Notes: generated by a model from the sequence alone, not told the origin. A stretch of 64,000 bases of DNA from an uncultured delta proteobacterium (GCA_963769935.1 CAVYNY010000017.1:160036-224035), one strand, 5' to 3'; counted from the stretch's first letter, positions 1-12,417 are shown. Program-made: numbers and translations.

Positions 1-60
1 AAAAAGATCATGAATGATCCCGAACTCCAGAAAATATATATCAAAACTGAGGTGAAATAG
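1..60 (+). CDS. 3' end of an upstream CDS (partial)
   Basis: Open frame KKIMNDPELQKIYIKTEVK ending in TAG at 58-60; too short to assign. Confidence 0.45.
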   Translation, partial: KKIMNDPELQKIYIKTEVK

Positions 61-123
61 CCTCAGCTGAAAACCTTAAAAAGGATTGTCCTTCGTCAAT
101 CATCAATCCAAGGAGGTGGTCGG

Positions 124-903
124 ATGAAAAGTAAATTGAGAATTTTTTTCGTAAAAGCCGTTTTTGCGATCCCCTTGTTTTTGTTCGGTCTCTGGCTGCT
201 GCAGATGCTCTACTCACCCCACCTAGAAGCCCATAAGGCTGCTGAGACACCGCTGCCCGCCGAGGAAGAGGGCATATTCAGAAAAATTCTAAAAAGCGAT
301 AGGCGCAAACCACAGCCTCATTTTCACATGGTTGATGAAGTCGTGCATCAACCGGAACCGTTTCAACCGATTTGTCTTTCGTGTCATGGCACCTTTCCGC
401 ACAGCAAGGGAAAGAAGGTCCGCTCTCTTCTCAATCTTCATACGGGTTTTATGGCCTGTGCGGTTTGCCATTATCGCAGGGATCCTGCCGATAAAACGTT
501 TTCTTTCGTCTGGGTCAATCGCGTGACGGGAATTATTTCCCGCAAGGCGGAGGGGGAATACGGCAAGTATCCGGCCAAAATTTTTCCGGTCAAATCCACC
601 GTCGAAAATGCAGAGATGGTTATCCACCCGGTCAGCGAAAAAGCGGCCCGGGAGTATCTGGAACTCAAAGACCAATTTACACCCGACCAAATGGCGGAGG
701 CTAAAATTAAGCTGCATGAACAAATTTCGCAAAAACCGGTATCCTGTGTCGATTGCCATAAAAAAGATGGTTATCTTAATTTTGCCAAACTCGGGTTCCC
801 CAAAAATCGGGTCAATCATCTGGTATCGACCGAGGTCGCCAGCATGATTGAAAAATATGAAACCTTCTACCTCCCCGAAGTAATTGATTTTGGCAAGGAT
901 TGA
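124..903 (+). CDS. Membrane-anchored triheme c-type cytochrome
   Basis: N-terminal hydrophobic helix; CLSCH, CAVCH, CVDCH; GGAGG upstream. Confidence 0.85.
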   Translation: MKSKLRIFFVKAVFAIPLFLFGLWLLQMLYSPHLEAHKAAETPLPAEEEGIFRKILKSDRRKPQPHFHMVDEVVHQPEPFQPICLSCHGTFPHSKGKKVRSLLNLHTGFMACAVCHYRRDPADKTFSFVWVNRVTGIISRKAEGEYGKYPAKIFPVKSTVENAEMVIHPVSEKAAREYLELKDQFTPDQMAEAKIKLHEQISQKPVSCVDCHKKDGYLNFAKLGFPKNRVNHLVSTEVASMIEKYETFYLPEVIDFGKD

Positions 904-985
904 TAGTTGGTGACCGTTCAGGGTAATGACATCGGATTTCATGGATTTTCATACAAGAGGTATGATTTAAAGGCGAATATCGAAA

Positions 986-1435
986 ATGGATAAAATAAAA
1001 CTATTTTCAGCCATGATTTTGCTGATCCTGGCAGCTCCGGTTCTTTCAGCGCAGGGGGCAAATGCTGAAGACACGCTATCTGTCAGCGGAAAGGCGGTCG
1101 TTTTTTTCGGACCTTCACAGGTTGAATATCTTGCCATGAACGATGAGCAAAAACACGCGATCGATGAAGAGCTGTACGACTTTTATCACAACAGGGGCGA
1201 AGTCAGCCCCTTCCTGGCAGCGAATGATATCCAGGAAATTTCAACCGCCGGGCTTAAAATCCAGGTCCAGCTCGAAGACAACCAAAGCATTACTTACTAT
1301 CGCAAGGATTTCGACCGCGTGGTAGGCTTGATATTAACCGATGGCCGGCAGGAGCCCTTAATATTGCTGGGTGCGATTGCCGTACCCGACCTGAAGGCAG
1401 AGTTCGAGGACTATTTCGGCATTAATCCGCCTTGA
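986..1435 (+). CDS. Secreted hypothetical protein
   Basis: 149 aa ORF with a signal-peptide-like N-terminus. Confidence 0.7.
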   Translation: MDKIKLFSAMILLILAAPVLSAQGANAEDTLSVSGKAVVFFGPSQVEYLAMNDEQKHAIDEELYDFYHNRGEVSPFLAANDIQEISTAGLKIQVQLEDNQSITYYRKDFDRVVGLILTDGRQEPLILLGAIAVPDLKAEFEDYFGINPP

Positions 1436-1666
1436 AAATAACATGTTCAGGGTTTGTAGTTTGCTCGCTGATATCTGAAGAAGTTGCCGGATTGAAAGTC
1501 CGGCGGATTAATTATTCAATGCTGCCCATTGTTTTTTTTAAATCGGGTTATGAACCTGGATATAGCATTGTTCAGGGCGGAGTCATTAGTATTCACCCGG
1601 CGATCAATAGTTTTCAGTCTGATGGTTTTGTTGCCGGATGCCGATGGATTCAGACAACCGCGGACT

Positions 1667-2641
1667 TTATCGCAGGGCATGACATTTGATGCACAGGGTG
1701 TTGGTATCGGCCAGACGCTGCCGCCACTTTTCCCCCGCACCTTTAGCGCCTGCTCTGACATCCGGAATAACCCCCTTCTCATGCGGGTTATGGCAGGTTG
1801 CGCAGGTAATCATTCCATCCTCGGTCAACGGCAAAACGATGTTTTCTTGAACTTCCAGCTGTTTCATTCTGTTTAAAACATCAACGGTAGGCTTACGCAG
1901 GTGCTTGGCGTGGAAATCCTGCTTGGGAGCCTGCATGTGGCAGCGGATGCAGAGTGCCTTCATATTGCCGATAAGCCCGGCATTCCTGGCACTGGTCTGT
2001 TTTGTATCCGGCACTTCCGCGTGGCAGTACAGGCATTTGTCCTTTATTATTCTTTTTTGAGCATTCAGCTGCTGGTGGGGATTATACATCCGGTAGCTTT
2101 CAATATTATGGCATCGAAAACAGATGCCGGCTTCGGTTTCAAACGGTCCGCCTCTCAGAAATTTTTGATCCTTTAAAAATACCCGGTCGAGCGGCCGGTC
2201 CTGGCATTGGCTGTAGATATCATGGCAGGTAATGCAGGCTATTTGTCCTTCCCACAGGGGAAATTGAGCCGGGATCCTGTCTATCATATCCGGAGAGGGC
2301 CGGCGGTCGACCGGATGTACATAATTGTTTGTATTGCTGTAATGGCAGCGGCACAATAGTTTAAAATCTCCCGCATACCTTAACTGCGGATTACTTCCCT
2401 TGCGGGGGATGTTGACGTGGCATTCCGTGCAGTATTGGGCGGAATAATGAATATCGATGGTAGTAGCCAGTGACGAAAGCTGGAATTTGGGTTGCTCGGG
2501 TGCAGTTTTGGGGGCGAGCGAACCTTTTTTGCCGAAGCGGAATTCCTTATTGCGGGTATCCAGGTAACATCCGGTGATACACAGTGTGATGATGACAACG
2601 CTGGCAGTGAATTTTTTCATGAGTCTGTTTATGATTGCCAA
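1667..2641 (-). CDS. Multiheme c-type cytochrome, probable lipoprotein (start may be 2620)
   Basis: Seven CXXCH (CTECH, CITCH, CFRCH, CLYCH, CIRCH, CATCH, CIKCH) plus one CRCH; lipobox-like ITGC after a hydrophobic stretch. Confidence 0.88.
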   Translation of the reverse strand: MAIINRLMKKFTASVVIITLCITGCYLDTRNKEFRFGKKGSLAPKTAPEQPKFQLSSLATTIDIHYSAQYCTECHVNIPRKGSNPQLRYAGDFKLLCRCHYSNTNNYVHPVDRRPSPDMIDRIPAQFPLWEGQIACITCHDIYSQCQDRPLDRVFLKDQKFLRGGPFETEAGICFRCHNIESYRMYNPHQQLNAQKRIIKDKCLYCHAEVPDTKQTSARNAGLIGNMKALCIRCHMQAPKQDFHAKHLRKPTVDVLNRMKQLEVQENIVLPLTEDGMITCATCHNPHEKGVIPDVRAGAKGAGEKWRQRLADTNTLCIKCHALR

Positions 2642-2730
2642 TTATGTCACATGGTGGTATGGTTTTTCCATCGTTACCTCTTTATAGCACATACCGGGCG
2701 TAAGATAAATAAAAAGGAGGATTTTTTAAA

Positions 2731-4134
<1,404 letters not shown>

Positions 4135-4285
4135 GGCACGTAGCATAGCGCAGAGGGCCAGGGGCAGAAGGAAGAGCGCAGGAGCCGAGACCATTCGTCC
4201 GGCTTTGCAACGAGGGCAGCAAAAAAACAAAATATTTCAAACAGGTTGTAGGAATACCTATAAGTCAATTAAGTGAGGATAGCAG

Positions 4286-5125
4286 ATGACGAGTTCAATT
4301 ATATTATCGATGGTAACGTTTGTTTATGGGCTGGCAGCTTGTTTGTATACCTTTGCCTGGGTTTTTAAAAAGCCGATGGCCGGCAGGCTGGCAACAGGGG
4401 TGTCCATTGTCGGGCTGGCCGGCAATGCCGCCGGAATCATAGCAAGGTGGGTGGAGTCGTATTCCCTGGGCATCGGACATGCGCCGCTTTCCAACCTTTA
4501 TGAATCCTTGATCTTTTTTTCCGGTACCATCGTGCTGCTTTATCTTTTTATCGAGCAAAAATACAAAAACCGCACGATTGGCGCCTTTGCCACCCCGCTG
4601 GCTTTTTTGGCGCTGGCTTATGCTTCGTTATCACCCAGTATCAGCGATCGAATCCAGCCGCTGCTGCCGGCTCTTAAAAGCAACTGGCTGATTGCCCACG
4701 TCATGACCTGCTTTGTGGGCTACGCGGCCTTTGCCATCGCCTTCGGCATCAGCATCATGTACATTTTTAAACAGCGGCATGCCGCGGGCGGCGCCGGTTT
4801 GCTCGATCGGCTCCCCAACCCCGGGATTCTGGACGAATTGACCCATCAGCTGGTGATGTTCGGATTCCTTTTTCTGACGGCCGGTATCATTACGGGCGCC
4901 GTCTGGGCCAATTCGGCCTGGGGACGCTACTGGGGCTGGGATCCGAAGGAAACCTGGTCATTGATAACCTGGTTTGTCTATGCCACCCTATTGCACGCCC
5001 GATTGATGCGGGGCTGGCGCGGCAGGCGCATCGCCCTGATTTCGATCTTCGGATTTGCAGCGGTCATGGTTACCTATTTCGGGGTAAATTACCTGCCCGG
5101 ATTGCACAGCTACGGCAGTCTGTGA
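4286..5125 (+). CDS. resC: Cytochrome c biogenesis protein ResC/CcsA (system II)
   Basis: WWD motif WANSAWGRYWGWDPKETW; C-terminal GLHSY. Confidence 0.95.
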   Translation: MTSSIILSMVTFVYGLAACLYTFAWVFKKPMAGRLATGVSIVGLAGNAAGIIARWVESYSLGIGHAPLSNLYESLIFFSGTIVLLYLFIEQKYKNRTIGAFATPLAFLALAYASLSPSISDRIQPLLPALKSNWLIAHVMTCFVGYAAFAIAFGISIMYIFKQRHAAGGAGLLDRLPNPGILDELTHQLVMFGFLFLTAGIITGAVWANSAWGRYWGWDPKETWSLITWFVYATLLHARLMRGWRGRRIALISIFGFAAVMVTYFGVNYLPGLHSYGSL

Positions 5126-5338
5126 TGGCCGCATGGGTGAGGATTCGTTTGTAGCGGCAAAGTTCACTCCCATTGGCAATAATTAATTGAGTGAATGTTC
5201 ACACGGTGCAGTTATGCCTTGCGGAGTTGGTTTGAAAGATGAACGTCCAACATCGACGTTCATTTTTGCAGATCCTACGACCCAAAAAAATGTGGCACTT
5301 TTGGAGTTTGTCTCCAGATCAATCAAATCCGGTCTTTG

Positions 5339-7819
5339 TTACTGGAAAAACATATCGTCAATGCTTTTGAATTTGCGCCTGGCGGCATCATGGAAGTATT
5401 CTATCCGCAACGGCGCATCCTTCCCGTGACATTCTTTGCACACCTCAAACGCCGCCGGAGATCTCAGAAAACTGTTGGTCAAGTCGCCTTCAGTGTTGAC
5501 GCCATTGCCCTTGGCGGCCGATAGGGGACTCCAACGATGAACATTGTGGCAGGAGGGGCAAGATATATTGCCGGCCGTGACACGTTCGCCGGTATTGCCT
5601 TGGAAAAGCGGGAAGTAGCCGGGTTGGCCTTTTTTGTGCGGATCTGTGATTTTGAGAACCTTTTCGCGGGGATGCAAATAGACCGGCGGCACTTTCGCTT
5701 TTGCCGGACCTTCCGGAGAGTGGCAGGCATTGCAAATTCTTTCCATGACATTGTTGCCCATGCCGTATCCCCGGGCCCAGAGAACGATTTCGCTGCGGCC
5801 GTTGTGGGTGAGATGACACACACCGCAGGTGCCGGATTCAAGCGGCGTCTGCCCCACAATATTTCTGGACGAAGGGGCTGTCACCAATAGGTCGTGCTCG
5901 GTTTTATCGATAAAACCCTGGTCCGCGTGACAGTCCTCACAAAGCCTGGCGGAAGGCGAATTTTCCATCCGCAAGAAACTGTTGCGTGCGCTGCCTTCCA
6001 ACGCAAAATGATCCTCCTCTGTGTTGTCCAGCGGGTCCCAGCGATGCGGGTCATGGCAGGTCGGACAGCTGACAACACCCTTGTCGGAGGCGGCTCCTTT
6101 GGCGTCGAAAAGCGGCAGGGTTGTGGACAGGCCCTTTTCAGACGGCGAAATGTTTATCGGATGCGAAGGGTCCCGGATTACTTTTTTAGCCGCCGCTCCA
6201 TTGCGATTGTGGCATGTCAGACATAGATGCGCCGCGGCCTCTCCGTTCTCGGACCAGGGTTTTCTGCCCCACAGAAAAGATTCCCGGGCATTGTGCACCA
6301 GATGACAGGTGCCGCAGAGGCCGGATTCGGATGGAGTCTGATTTTTCATGTTTTTTGCGTCCGGAGCCGTTTTGCTCAGGTCGTGTTTTGATCCGGCAAC
6401 GGGAAATTTATCCGCATGGCATTCCCGGCAAATCCGGGGTGCCTGATTTCTTAAAAAGGATGTTCGCCTGTCGGCCGGCGCATCTTTTGCGGCTGCACCT
6501 GCGGCGGAGCCAGCGCGCCAGCGATGGGGGTCATGGCAGGTGGTACACGTGATTACTCCGTTGCGATCCTGAAAACCGCGATCGTTGAAAAGCGGCAGAT
6601 CCGTAATCGAATTGACATTTGTTTTGCCGGGCCGGACGGCCATAGGATGCTGCGCACCGCTGAGTGCGGCTTTTTGGGCATTATTGCCCTTGCTGTGGCA
6701 GCTCAGACAAAGCCCCTGGGCAAGCAGCGTTTTACCCTCGAGCCGGCGGGCTTCCCGGTGGGGCAGGTGGCAGGCGGAGCACACCCCGGCCTGCGCCACA
6801 GTTTCGCCCGCGAGATTTTTTTCGTCAGGCGCCGTCAGCAAAAGATTGTGCCGGGTGTCGGCAATGACTTGTTTATCCTGATGACATGTCAGGCACAGGG
6901 CGGAGTGTTGATTTTTTTGGATCAACAGCTGCTGCCGGCTGATATCATTCCGGTGAATTTTGTGGCAGCTTTGGCAGATTATTTCGCCGTCGCGCCCCAC
7001 GCGGGCGCCCGCTTTAATGAGCGCATGGGGGATCCGGGCCGTAACCGGCTTGACATTGATGACATGAAAGGGCTTTTTGCTGCCGTCGGGTGTGCGATAA
7101 TTCTTATCCCCGTGACATGCCAGGCAAAGACTGGAATCGCGGCCGCTTTCGATCAGAAAACTCTCATACTTGGCCCCGTGGGCGGCGTGGCAGGTTTCGC
7201 ATATCAGCTGATTGGGTTTATCGCCCGCCAACGCATACCCTTCGATCAGACGGCGGGGAATTTCCTGCTTGACGGTATCCAGCGGGTGATTGTGGAATTT
7301 GCCGGCATCGGCCATCTCCGGGTGGCACATGCGGCACATGGCTGAATTGCGGTTGGAGGTTCGCATGAAAATCGTCTCTTTGCTGTCCGGCCCGCTGGGA
7401 ACCCCGTGGGCGGTGTGACAAGTGGCACATACCATGTTGCCCTGTTCGTCCAGCGGAAAGATAGCGGGTATCTTCATGTGCCCGGGCGGCGGCACATTGG
7501 TTTTGTGCTGGGCCGTCTGGTAGGCGCGGGCGCGGGAATCCTCGATGCTGCCGTCATGGCAGGAAAAGCACATTTCAGGGGTGGCAACTACTTTTTCAGC
7601 CGTATAATCGACGAGGTCCGATCCGCGGCCTTCAATAAAAAAGGTATCAACCCAGCGGTAATGGCAGATAGCGCATGACTTGGCAGAATTGGGATTTCGC
7701 GGCGGTTCTACTTGGGCCTCGCAGAGACTGCTCAGAAAAATTGGAAGGGAGATTATAAAGACAAACTTTCCGCTGTAGGCAACGATGGATGAATAGATTA
7801 AAGCAAACCTGTTAACCAT
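5339..7819 (-). CDS. Large multiheme c-type cytochrome (20 CXXCH motifs)
   Basis: 20 CXXCH counted from CAICH to CKECH; N-terminal hydrophobic segment; internally repeated modules. Confidence 0.93.
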   Translation of the reverse strand: MVNRFALIYSSIVAYSGKFVFIISLPIFLSSLCEAQVEPPRNPNSAKSCAICHYRWVDTFFIEGRGSDLVDYTAEKVVATPEMCFSCHDGSIEDSRARAYQTAQHKTNVPPPGHMKIPAIFPLDEQGNMVCATCHTAHGVPSGPDSKETIFMRTSNRNSAMCRMCHPEMADAGKFHNHPLDTVKQEIPRRLIEGYALAGDKPNQLICETCHAAHGAKYESFLIESGRDSSLCLACHGDKNYRTPDGSKKPFHVINVKPVTARIPHALIKAGARVGRDGEIICQSCHKIHRNDISRQQLLIQKNQHSALCLTCHQDKQVIADTRHNLLLTAPDEKNLAGETVAQAGVCSACHLPHREARRLEGKTLLAQGLCLSCHSKGNNAQKAALSGAQHPMAVRPGKTNVNSITDLPLFNDRGFQDRNGVITCTTCHDPHRWRAGSAAGAAAKDAPADRRTSFLRNQAPRICRECHADKFPVAGSKHDLSKTAPDAKNMKNQTPSESGLCGTCHLVHNARESFLWGRKPWSENGEAAAHLCLTCHNRNGAAAKKVIRDPSHPINISPSEKGLSTTLPLFDAKGAASDKGVVSCPTCHDPHRWDPLDNTEEDHFALEGSARNSFLRMENSPSARLCEDCHADQGFIDKTEHDLLVTAPSSRNIVGQTPLESGTCGVCHLTHNGRSEIVLWARGYGMGNNVMERICNACHSPEGPAKAKVPPVYLHPREKVLKITDPHKKGQPGYFPLFQGNTGERVTAGNISCPSCHNVHRWSPLSAAKGNGVNTEGDLTNSFLRSPAAFEVCKECHGKDAPLRIEYFHDAARRKFKSIDDMFFQ

Positions 7820-7929
7820 TGCTTTCAGATGGCAACTCCTTATTAATCCGCCTTTAAAAATAGCATATTCGGGGCTGTATATGGCTCTTTGAAAAATGAA
7901 GTAACTTGTCTGATCGAAGCGCTGGCGGA

Positions 7930-9213
7930 TTAATTACGCAGCACGATCTTATCCAAATCTCCGCTCCACGCGGCGGCCAGGACCGGGCCCATATATTGAT
8001 CCACCAGATCGGCGGTCAACGGAACCGGCATGTTCTGCAGCTTGCTTTCGAGCTGGGGATCCTTGGCGGCGGTGAGTATCTTTTCCAGAACGGCTTGGTC
8101 AATGCCTTCAATTTCGGCCAGCGTGGTGGGGAAGCCGATTTTGCGGTTAAAAGACAAAATTCCGGCCGCGACCGTCCGGCCCAGGTCTTTGGCTGAAAGC
8201 ACATCCAGGTTGCCATCGATGTAACCGTGCCTTTTAAAAATATCCCCGATTTTGCGGACCCGATCTTCCACGGCGGGCGTAAAAAATACCGTGTAGTAGG
8301 GATTCATCAGGGCGCAGGCCCGTCCGTGGCTTAAATATTTGACCAGTGAAAAGCTGTTCAGATGCGGCCCGCTCGTACCACCGACCATAATGGCATAGCC
8401 GCCCAGGTCGGTTCCCAGAGCCACCTGCTCGCGGGCGTCCGGATCATGCGGCTTTTCTGCCAGCACGGCCAGACCGGCCACGATTAATTCAATCCCGGCC
8501 AGCGCAATTTTTTCGATCCGATCCAGGCCGTCGCCCTTGGCACCCAGATAAACTTCAATACAGTGGCTGAAACCGTCCATCCCGCCGTCCAGGGTCAACG
8601 CCATGGGCTGGGAAGCGGTAAGCCCATAGTCGAAAACAGCCTTGGGCGGGACAATGGCCTCGTCGATGATCAGTTTTTTCTGGCCTTTGATCGGGTCGGT
8701 AATATTGGAATATTTGGAGAGGTGGGCCGAGGAGCTGGCGGCGGTCATCACGGCGACAACCGGCAGGACCTTGCGGCCTGTGCTTTTACAGACTTTCGTG
8801 ACTTCACCGAGGCCAAAGTATGGATCCAGCTCGGCCTCGATATCGCCGAACGTTGCCAGCACGGCGGCGGCTTTGCAGGCATCGATGCCCGAACCGGACT
8901 CAAGCGAGACGATCACATCCGGCTTCTGGTGGAGGATATGCCCCTGCAGCCGATAGACGTCTTCACGGGGCGCATTGGGCGCCGCCCCCTGCACGGGTCC
9001 CAGCACCTCGACCCCCTTGGCCTTCATCGAAGCCGTCACCTGCTCCAGGGCCGGCCTGAGCCAGGCCGAAGACAGCCGGCTGACCAGCAGTGCCCGTTTG
9101 CCGATTTCCGCCGTCATGGGTCCGACCTGCTCCAGCACACCGGTCCCAAATGCGTAATCATTTCCTTTGAACTCAACAATAAACTTTTCGGCTTCCTGCA
9201 CCAGGTTTTGCAT
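7930..9213 (-). CDS. Iron-containing alcohol dehydrogenase family protein
   Basis: SGSGIDACK (GGGS-like), DGFSHCIE, HLNSF, SHGRACA metal-ligand motifs. Confidence 0.88.
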   Translation of the reverse strand: MQNLVQEAEKFIVEFKGNDYAFGTGVLEQVGPMTAEIGKRALLVSRLSSAWLRPALEQVTASMKAKGVEVLGPVQGAAPNAPREDVYRLQGHILHQKPDVIVSLESGSGIDACKAAAVLATFGDIEAELDPYFGLGEVTKVCKSTGRKVLPVVAVMTAASSSAHLSKYSNITDPIKGQKKLIIDEAIVPPKAVFDYGLTASQPMALTLDGGMDGFSHCIEVYLGAKGDGLDRIEKIALAGIELIVAGLAVLAEKPHDPDAREQVALGTDLGGYAIMVGGTSGPHLNSFSLVKYLSHGRACALMNPYYTVFFTPAVEDRVRKIGDIFKRHGYIDGNLDVLSAKDLGRTVAAGILSFNRKIGFPTTLAEIEGIDQAVLEKILTAAKDPQLESKLQNMPVPLTADLVDQYMGPVLAAAWSGDLDKIVLRN

Positions 9214-9417
9214 CCGTCTTTCCTCCTTAAGTTTTAATCCCTAGCACTTTAGACATTTTGAACGTTTTAGGCAACTTAAAAAGCGTGTCCAAAATTAAAA
9301 TTATTATTCAATTTGGTGCCACTCGGTGGAATTAGATTTCAAAAATCCCGGGGTTGACAAAGAGATATCGGGTGGATAATTTTGATCGTAAAAATACGAT
9401 TAGGTGGAAGCAGCTTT

Positions 9418-9618
9418 ATGAAACAAATTAAATCAGGAATACCGCCTCTATGTTGCACGCTCAATATTTCAGGCAGGGCCCAGGAGCGGCTGGCCAATAT
9501 GTTCAAGGCGCTGGGCAATCCCGTGCGCTTTGAAATTGTCAAGTTTCTGGTAACCACTCCCACCAGGCATTTACTTCGAGCAAAAATGGATACTATTTTT
9601 TTTATCGAAAGCCTTTAA
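9418..9618 (+). pseudogene. Truncated ArsR/SmtB family regulator
   Basis: LANMFKALGNPVRFEIVKFL matches the ArsR N-terminus; the HTH region does not follow. Confidence 0.65.
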
Positions 9619-9705
9619 ACTCTGAAACTCCGAACCCTGAACCCTGCTTGTGGGGTCGTAGCCCGAAGGGCGAAGCCCCAAACCTCTGAACCGTTGAACC
9701 TTGAG

Positions 9706-10608
9706 TTACTTAATGAACGTACCTTTCTGATATTCTTCAAAAGCGATGCGCAGCTCTTCCTGAGTGTTCATCACAATGGGGCCGTACCAGGCAATCGGCT
9801 CTTTGATCGGCTTGCCGCTGAAAAGCAGCAGTCTGACGGATTCATCGGTGGTCGAGACATAGACCTCATCCCCGTCGCCAAAGAGGACCAGGGTCTCATT
9901 GTCCAGGAAGGGCTCCTGCTTCATGTCGAAATAATTGCTTCCCGCGACTTCATAGGTAAACGGCTTTTTTTCCCGGCAGAAGTAGCCCTGCCCCCCTATC
10001 ACATACACAATCACCGTATGCCCCTGCGGGGTGGGATGGGTGAATTCCGTTCGTTCCGGGACCGTGATATCGAGATATTCAGGGTTGATGACGACATTTT
10101 CGACCGGTCCCTGCCGACCGTCTATTTGCCCGCAGATAAGTCTCACCGTCACGCCGTTGTCAAGAACGACCGTCGGAATCGAGTCGCTTTTAAACTCCTG
10201 ATAGCGGGGTGCCATCATTTTATGGGACGCCGGCAGATTGGCCCACAACTGAAATCCGCCCATCACGCCGGCCGGATTGCCTTGCGGCATTTCCTGGTGG
10301 ATGATTCCGCTGCCCGCGGTCATCCACTGGACATCTCCGGAGGCGATGACGCCTTTATTTCCCATGCTGTCTCCGTGTTCGACCCTTCCGTCGAGCATAT
10401 AGGTTATGGTCTCGATTCCGCGGTGCGGATGCCAGGGGAATCCCTTGAGATAATATTCCGGGATGTCCGAGCGAAAGTCATCGAACAATAGAAATGGGTC
10501 GAAGGCCGTGACTTCCCGAAAGCCGAAGGCCCTTTTCAGATGAACGCCTGCGCCTTCGATTGTCGGTTGACTCCTGAAAACTTTTCGTATGGTTCTTGTT
10601 TTGGCCAT
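9706..10608 (-). CDS. Pirin family protein
   Basis: DPFLLFD, GFPWHPHRGIETITY, QWMTAGSGIIHQEMP, GPIVMN. Confidence 0.95.
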   Translation of the reverse strand: MAKTRTIRKVFRSQPTIEGAGVHLKRAFGFREVTAFDPFLLFDDFRSDIPEYYLKGFPWHPHRGIETITYMLDGRVEHGDSMGNKGVIASGDVQWMTAGSGIIHQEMPQGNPAGVMGGFQLWANLPASHKMMAPRYQEFKSDSIPTVVLDNGVTVRLICGQIDGRQGPVENVVINPEYLDITVPERTEFTHPTPQGHTVIVYVIGGQGYFCREKKPFTYEVAGSNYFDMKQEPFLDNETLVLFGDGDEVYVSTTDESVRLLLFSGKPIKEPIAWYGPIVMNTQEELRIAFEEYQKGTFIK

Positions 10609-11048
10609 GGTACTATCCTCGCTATTGGTGTGGTTAGGGGCAAACGCTGTTACTGCTGTCTCTTATATCACGAGCAGTCAATGCCGTCCATTGCCTTCTA
10701 CTATTATCCGCAACCGCGGTCTTTTGATCCGGTTTGCGGTAACCGGACCCCTGAAGTTAAGAATCCTGGCCAAGAGGGGTGGTATTGGCCGTCTGAGAAC
10801 CCATGAAGCGGTGGAATATTGGCGATTAAAAGTGGATGGTGCTCTATTTTTACTTTCCGCTTTGTAACATTCATATAAAAACAGATCAAATTCCATCAAG
10901 CCCAATATCCCAACACTCCATTATTCCATTACCCCATGGGATTCATATACGGTACAGCCAATCTCCTCTTACATGGTTCAGAAGAACAGGTCTTTAATAT
11001 TGGAATAACAAGTTGACCCTCTTTGTGATTGAATGCTATTTGTGCAAT

Positions 11049-11093
11049 ATGCCCTGCCCGGCTCGATTAGATGCTCCCGGTGTATTGCATCAC
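11049..11093 (+). pseudogene. N-terminal relic of a RAYT-like Y1 transposase
   Basis: MPCPARLDAPGVLHH resembles the MPRxARLDAPGxLHH start of this family (compare MARPLRIEFPGAFYH at 62784). Confidence 0.5.
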
Positions 11094-11106
11094 ACAGGTA
11101 TCTATT

Positions 11107-12054
11107 ATGTCTGCTCCATCCGAACAAAAGCCTATCGCCGTATATGGGGCGATGGCCGCCAATTTATTGATCGCCGTCACCAAGTTTGCCGCTGCGCTTT
11201 TCACCGGCAGTTCCTCGATGATGTCGGAAGGAATCCACTCTCTGGCAGATACGGGAAATCAAGCGCTGCTCCTGCTGGGAATCCATAGAAGCACAAAACC
11301 GCCCGACCATATGCACCCCTTTGGTTATGGCCAGGAACTCTACTTTTGGACCCTGGTCGTGGCCATTATCCTCTTTGGATTGGGTGGCGGCATGTCCATC
11401 TACGAAGGCGTCACCCATATTCTGCACGCGCGCCCACTGGAGGATCCGTTTTGGAATTATATCACCCTGGGGTTGGCATTCCTCTTTGAGGGCGCCTCAT
11501 TTATCATTGCCCTGCGCGAACTGCGGCACGTGAAGGGCGAAGAATCGATATGGCAGGCCGTGCATGCCAGCAAGGATCCCACCATCTTCGTCGTTCTCTT
11601 TGAGGATTTCGCGGCAATTGCCGGCCTGGTGCTGGCCTTTCTGGGGATTTTCCTGTCGCATCGATTCAATAGCCCGCGCCTGGACGGTGCTGCCTCGATC
11701 CTCATCGGATTGCTCTTGGCAGCGGTTTCGATGGTGCTGGCCTATGAAAGCAAAGGGCTGCTGCTGGGCGAAAGCGCAAACCGGCAGACGGTGCAGCACA
11801 TTTATGAGATTGTGAATGCCGATAAGGATGTGCAGCAAGCGCGGCGAGCTCTCACCATGCACTTCGGACCAAACGAGGTGTTGCTGAACCTGGACGTTCA
11901 GTTTCGGTCGAAGCTGTCCAGTGCCGAATTGACGGCGGCGATCGACCGGCTGGAGCAGAAAATTCGAGAGGCCTACCCGGAGATTAAGCGCATCTTCGTC
12001 GAAGCCAAATCGCTCACACAATCCGAGCGAAGTACCCGTGCGGGAAGCACTTAA
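11107..12054 (+). CDS. Cation diffusion facilitator family transporter
   Basis: EGIHSLAD, HPFGYG, LFED motifs; multiple TM helices plus C-terminal domain. Confidence 0.92.
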   Translation: MSAPSEQKPIAVYGAMAANLLIAVTKFAAALFTGSSSMMSEGIHSLADTGNQALLLLGIHRSTKPPDHMHPFGYGQELYFWTLVVAIILFGLGGGMSIYEGVTHILHARPLEDPFWNYITLGLAFLFEGASFIIALRELRHVKGEESIWQAVHASKDPTIFVVLFEDFAAIAGLVLAFLGIFLSHRFNSPRLDGAASILIGLLLAAVSMVLAYESKGLLLGESANRQTVQHIYEIVNADKDVQQARRALTMHFGPNEVLLNLDVQFRSKLSSAELTAAIDRLEQKIREAYPEIKRIFVEAKSLTQSERSTRAGST

Positions 12055-12166
12055 CCCGGCCGTGCAGCAGGGCCGGCGCCGCAATTACGTCAACTTCAGC
12101 GGGAGAAAGTTTTCCGACTTCAGTCCGAATTTTTAAATCTACTTCAAAGAGAGGCAATGCGTTATT

Positions 12167-12313
12167 ATGGATTCGCAATTCGAACCAAGTAATGCCGGCT
12201 GCAGGGAACGGGTAATAGAGAGTTTTAACCGGCAGGGGGTCATGAAAACGATCAAAGCCGCTATCGTTGCAGTCCGTCCGGGTGAAGTTGAACTGGAGTT
12301 TCCATTTCGATGA
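12167..12313 (+). pseudogene. PaaI-like thioesterase N-terminal fragment
   Basis: Own translation MDSQFEPSNAGCRERVIESFNRQGVMKTIKAAIVAVRPGEVELEFPFR* resembles the start of hotdog-fold thioesterases; stops after 48 aa. Confidence 0.5.
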
Positions 12314-12380
12314 ACGCTCCCAGCGCTATGAGATTCGATCACATCTCCTTATAAAGGAGAATAAATGATGCAGCGATCTC

Positions 12381-12417
12381 AAAAATCCTGCTCCTCAATA
12401 AGAGAGCGGGATTTTTT
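12381..12417 (+). terminator. Probable intrinsic terminator
   Basis: AAAAATCCTGCTC...GAGCGGGATTTTTT hairpin with a T-tract. Confidence 0.55.

Noticed and set aside
12049..12100. attC-like start ACTTAAC after the CDF gene
   Set aside because: No convincing complementary L'/R' half; far from the integron.
12336..12352. GATCACATCTCCTTA resembling the 16S rRNA 3' end
   Set aside because: Imperfect match with no other rRNA sequence nearby.
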